Below, piece after piece: positions 59,701 to 64,000 of a stretch of 64,000 nt of DNA. The notes beneath the pieces were generated by a model that saw only the letters and a list, made by a program, of their open reading frames with translations, made no database searches and was not told where the DNA came from. Source of the DNA: Mustelus asterias (lineage: Eukaryota); NCBI RefSeq assembly GCF_964213995.1, contig NW_027590198.1, forward strand, positions 434,001 to 498,000, in the 5' to 3' direction. Position 1 is the stretch's first letter. Every line of letters starts with the position of its first letter. A program made the translations under genes and the position numbers.

Positions 59701-61329
59701 TTACCAAACGGGGATCGCTTGATCGTCAGTCAGATGTTCGACCACTGAGCTCTTAGTTAAGAGTCTAAGGCTCCTCAGTTAGCAGTCTGCGCTTAGGTCC
59801 GTCATGTTCTTGGTCCACCGTGGAGGAAGCTCGAGGGGATAGTTTCTATCCCGCATTCTCTCACAATTACTGGTTTCTCTATGGAGTCGGAGAGTTTAGT
59901 GTTTCATTCACCGAGAAGTTTTCTTATCATTTGGCTGAGACTTGAATCCACATCTAGGTGATATTTAAGGAAGAACAAGGTGATATTTAAGGAAGAACAA
60001 AGAAAACTAGAGGACAGGAACAGTCTCTTCGGCCTTTCAAGCCTACCAACAATGCTGCCCGTCTGAACTAAAGCCCCCTGCCCTTCTGGGGAACATATCC
60101 CTCTATTCCCATGCTATTCATGTGTTTGTCAAGGCATCCCTTAAAAGTCACTAGCGTATCTGCTTCCGCTACCTCCCCCGGTGGCAAGTTCCAGACAACC
60201 ACCACCCTCTCTATTTGTGAGTTTGCACCATTGCCACCCAGATTTTACCAAGCATTACCATCTTTACCATCAGCTTTTTGAAGTCTATAACTGTCCTTCT
60301 CTTTCCCTGCTTGTTAATGACCTGTGTCCCAAGTGGCGAAATGCCACTCAGACACGAAACTACAAATCTCACATCACTGAATCGGGCAGAGCTGTTTTCA
60401 CTCAGGAACCAATTCACTTTTGATTAACAGGTTATCCAAAACATTAAATCTTAGTATATCGAAGCCAATCTTTGACCCTGAAAGCACTGAACCCTAATCA
60501 TTCGACCAGCAGAATCTCATCTTCCTGATTCTCCAAGACACTGATTACAGGAACGTGCACAGTGCCAATTATACACAATCACACACTCCTTCCAGTCTTG
60601 TGCACGTTGTTACAATTTGATCTTGTTCATCTTTTGACATTACGCCCAGTGTGACGAAAACAGAGAAGTGAAAATCTAATGTTGTTCAACAGATGCATCA
60701 CAATAAACTTTCCAACAGGTTGATGCTAACATTGCTCCTTGAATATGGTCAGCTCCAGTTACAGTTAATGCAGCAGAAGGCAACATACTTATTTTGAAAG
60801 GAGGAAGCAACAAGGACAATAGCAATATGAATTGCTGTGGGTAATTGAGAAATGGGGCTAACTTTTCTCCCTGCTGTTCAAACTAGCACAAAGATCTCTC
60901 CTGGTATCGATCGGATGTAATTTCAGCTCTTCTAAATTCCTGTGCTGCATGAGACCAGTCAATTGTTAGCCCCTGACTGGGAATCGAACGCGGGCCTCGG
61001 GTCTGGCGATTATTGAGCCAATGTGTGTTTGTATGTATGGATGTATTTTGCGAGAAAGATCTTGCTGCCTTGTTCCTGACCTCCATCAGTTCCATGATGT
61101 AACGGTGAGATCACTGCACATTGATTGCAGGCAGTGTTGTTCTCGTCTTCGCACCTCTTGTTTAAATTGGAATAGACGAGTGATTGAAAGACAGCTGTAA
61201 GAGGACCCACTGCCATCTGTGGCTTCTCTACCTCTGAGCATTTTTAACGAATTAGCCATTGTCCTCTTGGGCTGATGCAGAGATGCCAGGAGAGTCATTA
61301 GCTGCATCGCCTGCAATGTGATTCACAGA

Positions 61330-62270
61330 TTCACGGAATCACAGGATATTACAGTGTCGAAGTGGCCTTTCGGCTCATCGAGTCTGCAGCGACGCATGAA
61401 AGGCCCTGACCTGCCCACCTAATCCCATTTGCCAGCAATTGTCCCATAGACTTGGATGTTTTGGCTTGCCGAGAAAAAAAATCCAGCTCTTTTTAAAGGA
61501 TGTGAGGGATCCCACCTCTATCACCCTCCCAGGCAGTGCATTCCACACTGTTACCACACTCTGAATAAGAAAAATGTTTTTCCTCACATCCCTCCCCCCA
61601 AACCTCCCGCTCCTCACTTTTAGATTGTATCCCCTCGTTACTGACCCTTCAACAAAGGGGAATAGCTGCTCCCTATCCATCCTGCCCATGCCCCTCATAA
61701 TCTTGAACATCCCAATCAGGTCGCCCATATTCTCTGCTCCACTGAAAACAATCCAAACCGATCCGATCTTCTTTTGAACTTAAATGTTCCATCCCAGACA
61801 ACATCCTGATGAATCTACTGCACACCTTCCAGTGCGTTCACGTCCTTCGTATAATGTAGCGACCAGAACAGCAGATGGTACTCCAGATGTGGCCTCGCCA
61901 AAGCTCTATACAACTCCATCATGACCTCTCTGCTTTTGTAATCGAAACCCCGACTGATAAAGGCGAGTGTGTCTCCTACTTTTTCGCCACCTATTAACCT
62001 GCCTTTCTGCCTTCAGAGATCTGTGGACAAACACGCCAAGGTCCCTTTGTTCTTCCGAACTTCCTGGCGGCATTTCTTTCATAGCATACTTCCTTGTCAA
62101 ATCACTCCTCCCAAAGTATATCACCTTACACTTTTCAGTGTTAAATTCCATCTTCCACTTATCTGAGCATTTGACCACCTCGTCTATATCTTCCTGTAAC
62201 TCAAGACACTCAAACACACTGTTAATCACTGGCCAAATCTTTCTGTAGTCGGCAAACCGACTGATTCTAC
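61330..62270 (-). mobile_element. CR1 LINE 3' fragment
   Basis: LQEDIDEVVKCSDKWKMEFNTEKCKVIYFGR..QRDLGVFVHRSLK; GDLIGMFKIMRG..VWNALP. Confidence 0.85.
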
Positions 62271-62445
62271 ACGTACCGCCCCCCCCCCCCCGCCCCCCCC
62301 CCCGACCACATCACATAGTCATCTATGTCATTTCGATAAATGACGAACAATAGAGGAATTTCCTGAAGTTTCCTGAGTGCTTATATTTCTACTTTCTGAG
62401 GATTGAAAAAAACCTTGAGCAAACAAATTTAGCAAAGAAAACCAA

Positions 62446-62516
62446 AGTTGAATGGGAATTTGAAGTCGGATCGTTGGATTCCGAGGTAAGACTGCTTACC
62501 AATTCACCGCAGAACC
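62446..62516 (-). pseudogene. Degenerate tRNA-Gln pseudogene
   Basis: Residual match to Gln (atttgaagtcggatcgttggattc..gcttacc..caccgcagaacc). Confidence 0.5.
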
Positions 62517-63099
62517 CAAAACGCAGGAGCCAGCTGGAAATGGGGAATCAAACAATTTGACCTCTTTCATTCAATGTTGCAGCAACAGCAAGTGCGGCAA
62601 CATGTCGTTATGCGCCACCATTGACATGCGCAAAAAACTCTCAAGAAACTGCCCCCCAAATCCACAGCAAATCATTTCTTCCCAAGCCGTATCGGGAGAT
62701 ATCAGAAGAAATAGCCATGTCTCAAAGGGTCAAATGCCGTGCATTAGTGTCATACAGATGCGGCCCATCGGCCCTTCGCGTCTGCACCGGCCAAGCAACC
62801 AGCTCGCCAATATTTGTATCATCTGCAAACTTACTGATGAAGCCTCCTGCAATAAAAATCTAAACCATTCATATAACTCACAGATGCAAGGGCCCCAGCA
62901 GTCATCCCTTTGTGACCATCTGGACATTGGCTTCCAGTCTGAAAAACTGCCCTGGAATATCACCCTCTGTTCCCTGTCACTCAACCAATTTTGGATCAAT
63001 CATAGCAAAATTCCTGGGATCCATCAATGTTGTCACACTTACTGTTTCTGCCACATTGAATGAAAGAGGTAAAATGCTTTGAGTGGTCATTTGCTGTTG

Positions 63100-63171
63100 G
63101 GTTCTGTGATGTAACTGTGAGCATTCTGAACTTTGAATCTAGTGATCCGTGTTTAAGTCTCCGCGGAACCT
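63100..63171 (+). pseudogene. tRNA-Gln(TTG) pseudogene
   Basis: GGTTCTGTGATGTAACTGTGAGCATTCTGAACTTTGAATCTAGTGATCCGTGTTTAAGTCTCCGCGGAACCT followed by a T-run. Confidence 0.65.
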
Positions 63172-63498
63172 TGTTTTTTTTTGCCAATGTTGATGTCTGA
63201 TTTGCTGATGAAGATTTCGTCTAATTTTCTCACACAGTACAAATAGAGAGGACAATTTGTCAGCCAGTTCAATTGCCTTTACAATTTACATTGCTGAGCC
63301 TCTGGTGCCAGATACCTGCAATATCAATGATTCTCCAACTTTTCACTACACGTTAACACCTCTGTTGAAAGAAATAAGCAGTTGGTGTCAAACAACAACA
63401 ACCACTCGACAGGAGCCTGGCTATAATTGAGCATGTGTGCGTGTGTGTGTGTGCATGTTTTGGGAGAAATGCCTCGTGGTTTAGGCACGGGCCATGTC

Positions 63499-63570
63499 GA
63501 TTCCATTCTGTAACGGTTAGCACTCTGCACTTTGTATCCAGCAATCCGAGTTTGAATCTCGGTGGAACTA
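63499..63570 (+). pseudogene. tRNA-Gln(TTG) pseudogene
   Basis: GATTCCATTCTGTAACGGTTAGCACTCTGCACTTTGTATCCAGCAATCCGAGTTTGAATCTCGGTGGAACT. Confidence 0.65.
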
Positions 63571-64000
63571 GGATTATTATCGTCCCAACTCTTGTTTAAA
63601 TTGGGAAATGTGACTCAGTGAATGACACCAGTAGGGTCAACTCCCACCCTCTCTCGCTTTTCTGGCATTGTGGCACAATGGTTAGCACCGCTGCCTCACA
63701 GTGTCAGGCACCGCGGTTCAATTCTGGTTTCGGGTGAAACCACTATCCTCATCGTTCCATCGCTTATTGAGATTGGGACACCAGTCGGGGACCCCTGCTC
63801 TCTGTGGTTTCTCTGCCGTGGAGCTCTTTTATTCTTGAGCAATCATCCTCCAGAAACCGTACAGTGCAGGAAGAGGCCATTTGGCCCATCGAGCCTGCAC
63901 CGACCACAATCCCACCCAGGCCCTACCCCCATAAATTTACCCACTAACCCCTCTAACCTACGCATCTCAGGACACTAAGGGGCAATTTTTGAATGGCAAA

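Overview
Vertebrate genomic DNA from a cartilaginous fish (shark), identified by shark-type IgM sequence and HE1/V-SINE, CR1 and Penelope repeats. The main feature is a complete, apparently intact IgM heavy-chain cluster on the + strand (8.6-28.0 kb): leader, a V exon already joined in frame to D and J with no RSS left, a ~10.6 kb J-C intron (containing a 174-N gap), Cmu1-Cmu4 with secretory tail, and TM1/TM2. Its secretory tailpiece carries two prolines and its cytoplasmic tail reads KVG instead of KVK. About 2.5 kb downstream of TM2 is a decayed TCR alpha/delta-type V segment with a degenerate RSS, which the ORF track misses. The J-C intron holds a ~620-bp degenerate tandem duplication, a perfect octamer and a G-rich ~20-bp minisatellite resembling a switch region. 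The 3' half contains an LTR-retroelement 5' end with a primer-binding site, a near-complete Buster-type hAT transposon, a cluster of tRNA genes (one probably intact tRNA-Glu and about 12 decayed copies, including an intron-bearing tRNA-Pro), an intact two-exon GPR139/142-like GPCR, a truncated paralogue of that GPCR, and many LINE/SINE fragments. Some Penelope repeats carry minimal hammerhead ribozyme cores. All calls were made by eye; repeat boundaries are approximate and family comparisons are from recall, not database searches.
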